Source: Lepidodermella squamata (Eukaryota > Animalia > Gastrotricha). From it: a DNA stretch of 64,000 bases. Shown here one piece after another: positions 63,081 through 64,000 of this stretch. The first letter of the stretch is position 1; the number at the start of each line of letters is the position of its first letter. Both the position numbers and the translations under genes were made by a program. Location: NCBI GenBank assembly GCA_047495785.1, contig JBLDXI010000061.1, positions 87,575 through 151,574 on the forward strand, given 5' to 3'. Under the pieces are notes generated by a model. That model had not been told where the DNA came from, did not search any database, and saw only the letters and a program-made list of their open reading frames with translations.

Positions 63081-63728
63081 TCAATCCGAATCAAGTGAGC
63101 TAATGCTGTCAGCCTCAGATTTCTCATCACCGACTTCGGGCATAAAGTTGCAGTCCCTCATCTCATTGTTATCGATAGCATATGCGAACTGTGTTGCATT
63201 GCGAAGGCGCAGAACGAGGTTCCATTGATTGCATTGGGGACTCATGACGTAATTTCTCAGCTTTTGCAACTCCGAATTCGTGTAATCTATTGAAAGGCGA
63301 TCAAATTCGGCAAGCGAGATAGGTTTATCCGTAGAAGGAGGAAATTTCATCAGCAGAGCGCAATAATGCTTTGACTGAGTAAAAATATGAAGAAAAAACG
63401 GATGAAAATCAATGGCAAGAAACAAAAATCCAAGAAGAAAAGAAAATCCACTAAAAAAAAGCAACAAAGCCAGGATTAAAACAAGTCGAATGATGCAAAA
63501 GATGAGACTGAAAAATTTACCATACAGGGCGAAAGACGTGATCTTGAGGACGCAGAACATTAAAATGATCAAGGACGATGTCAGAGAAAACGAGAAGAAG
63601 TCGGAGAAGAAGTAAAAAATATATGGTGTCGAAAAGATTGAGGAAGGCGCGGGTTTCCGGCAAATATCGTAGACTTTGCAGTTAATTTCGTCCTGAAGAT
63701 CAGAACTGGCAGAGCTGGGCGAAGACAT
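63081..63728 (-). CDS. Truncated NEMP (TMEM194)-like inner nuclear membrane protein
   Basis: ~3 TM helices, then FPP...SLAEFDRLSIDYTNSELQKLRNYVMSPQCNQWNLVLRLRNATQFA plus an acidic tail, matching the conserved NEMP C-terminal region as I recall it; no luminal N-terminal domain; intronless. Confidence 0.72.
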   Translation of the reverse strand: MSSPSSASSDLQDEINCKVYDICRKPAPSSIFSTPYIFYFFSDFFSFSLTSSLIILMFCVLKITSFALYGKFFSLIFCIIRLVLILALLLFFSGFSFLLGFLFLAIDFHPFFLHIFTQSKHYCALLMKFPPSTDKPISLAEFDRLSIDYTNSELQKLRNYVMSPQCNQWNLVLRLRNATQFAYAIDNNEMRDCNFMPEVGDEKSEADSISSLDSD

Positions 63729-64000
63729 GGTGAATCTAGAAAAAGAACACGGAACCTTATGGATTTCTTTACGAAAAACTAATCTCATATCTCGATTCTT
63801 TAAAGCACGCAAATAAAAAGGACATGTTACCGTTTCAACTTTTGAATTGGGCTCAAATTTAATTTATCAATTTGGCTGGGATGTTGCAGGCGTTATTCAA
63901 TTCTTTAAGAACCTAAATTTTGAAAACGGTAACACAAGGGTTTTATGAACCAAAAATACTCGCGGAGTTTCAACCTTTAAGGCATGCTAAAAAAACTATG

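Noticed and set aside
63825-63935. Inverted repeat tgttaccgtttcaa/ttgaaaacggtaaca as the transposon TIR
   Set aside because: Both arms are on the same side of the transposase and no partner was found on the left; may be subterminal, unresolved at the window edge

Overview
Eukaryotic (invertebrate animal-type) genomic DNA with compact genes and very short (~50-60 bp) GT/GC-AG introns. It is rich in tandem duplicates, pseudogenes and DNA-transposon derivatives (hAT, CMC/CACTA-like, Tc1/pogo and MULE-like MITEs, plus an intron-containing piggyBac). Recognisable genes: two kinase-ankyrin fusions, two EGF+C-type-lectin paralogs, a MITE-disrupted class C GPCR, a Cys-loop channel, an M14 carboxypeptidase, a metallophosphoesterase, a degenerate carbohydrate sulfotransferase, a trypsin-like pseudoprotease-TIR gene, two broken apolipoprotein-L-like genes, a bacterial-like secreted protein and other secreted repeat proteins. 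The most striking structure is at 60.6-63.7 kb. An intact DD41D (rosa/VS-type Tc1/mariner) transposase is tightly sandwiched, with no visible TIRs in between, by two shortened nuclear-envelope genes: a Brambleberry/GEX1/Kar5-like nuclear-fusion protein and a NEMP-like inner-nuclear-membrane protein. This suggests a cargo-carrying element that manipulates the nuclear envelope. Also notable are a duplicated TIR/ApoL candidate immune module, and a captured 4-exon collagen fragment with TTAGGG repeats lying antisense inside a kinase intron. All family assignments come from motifs recognised by eye and from memory; no searches were run.
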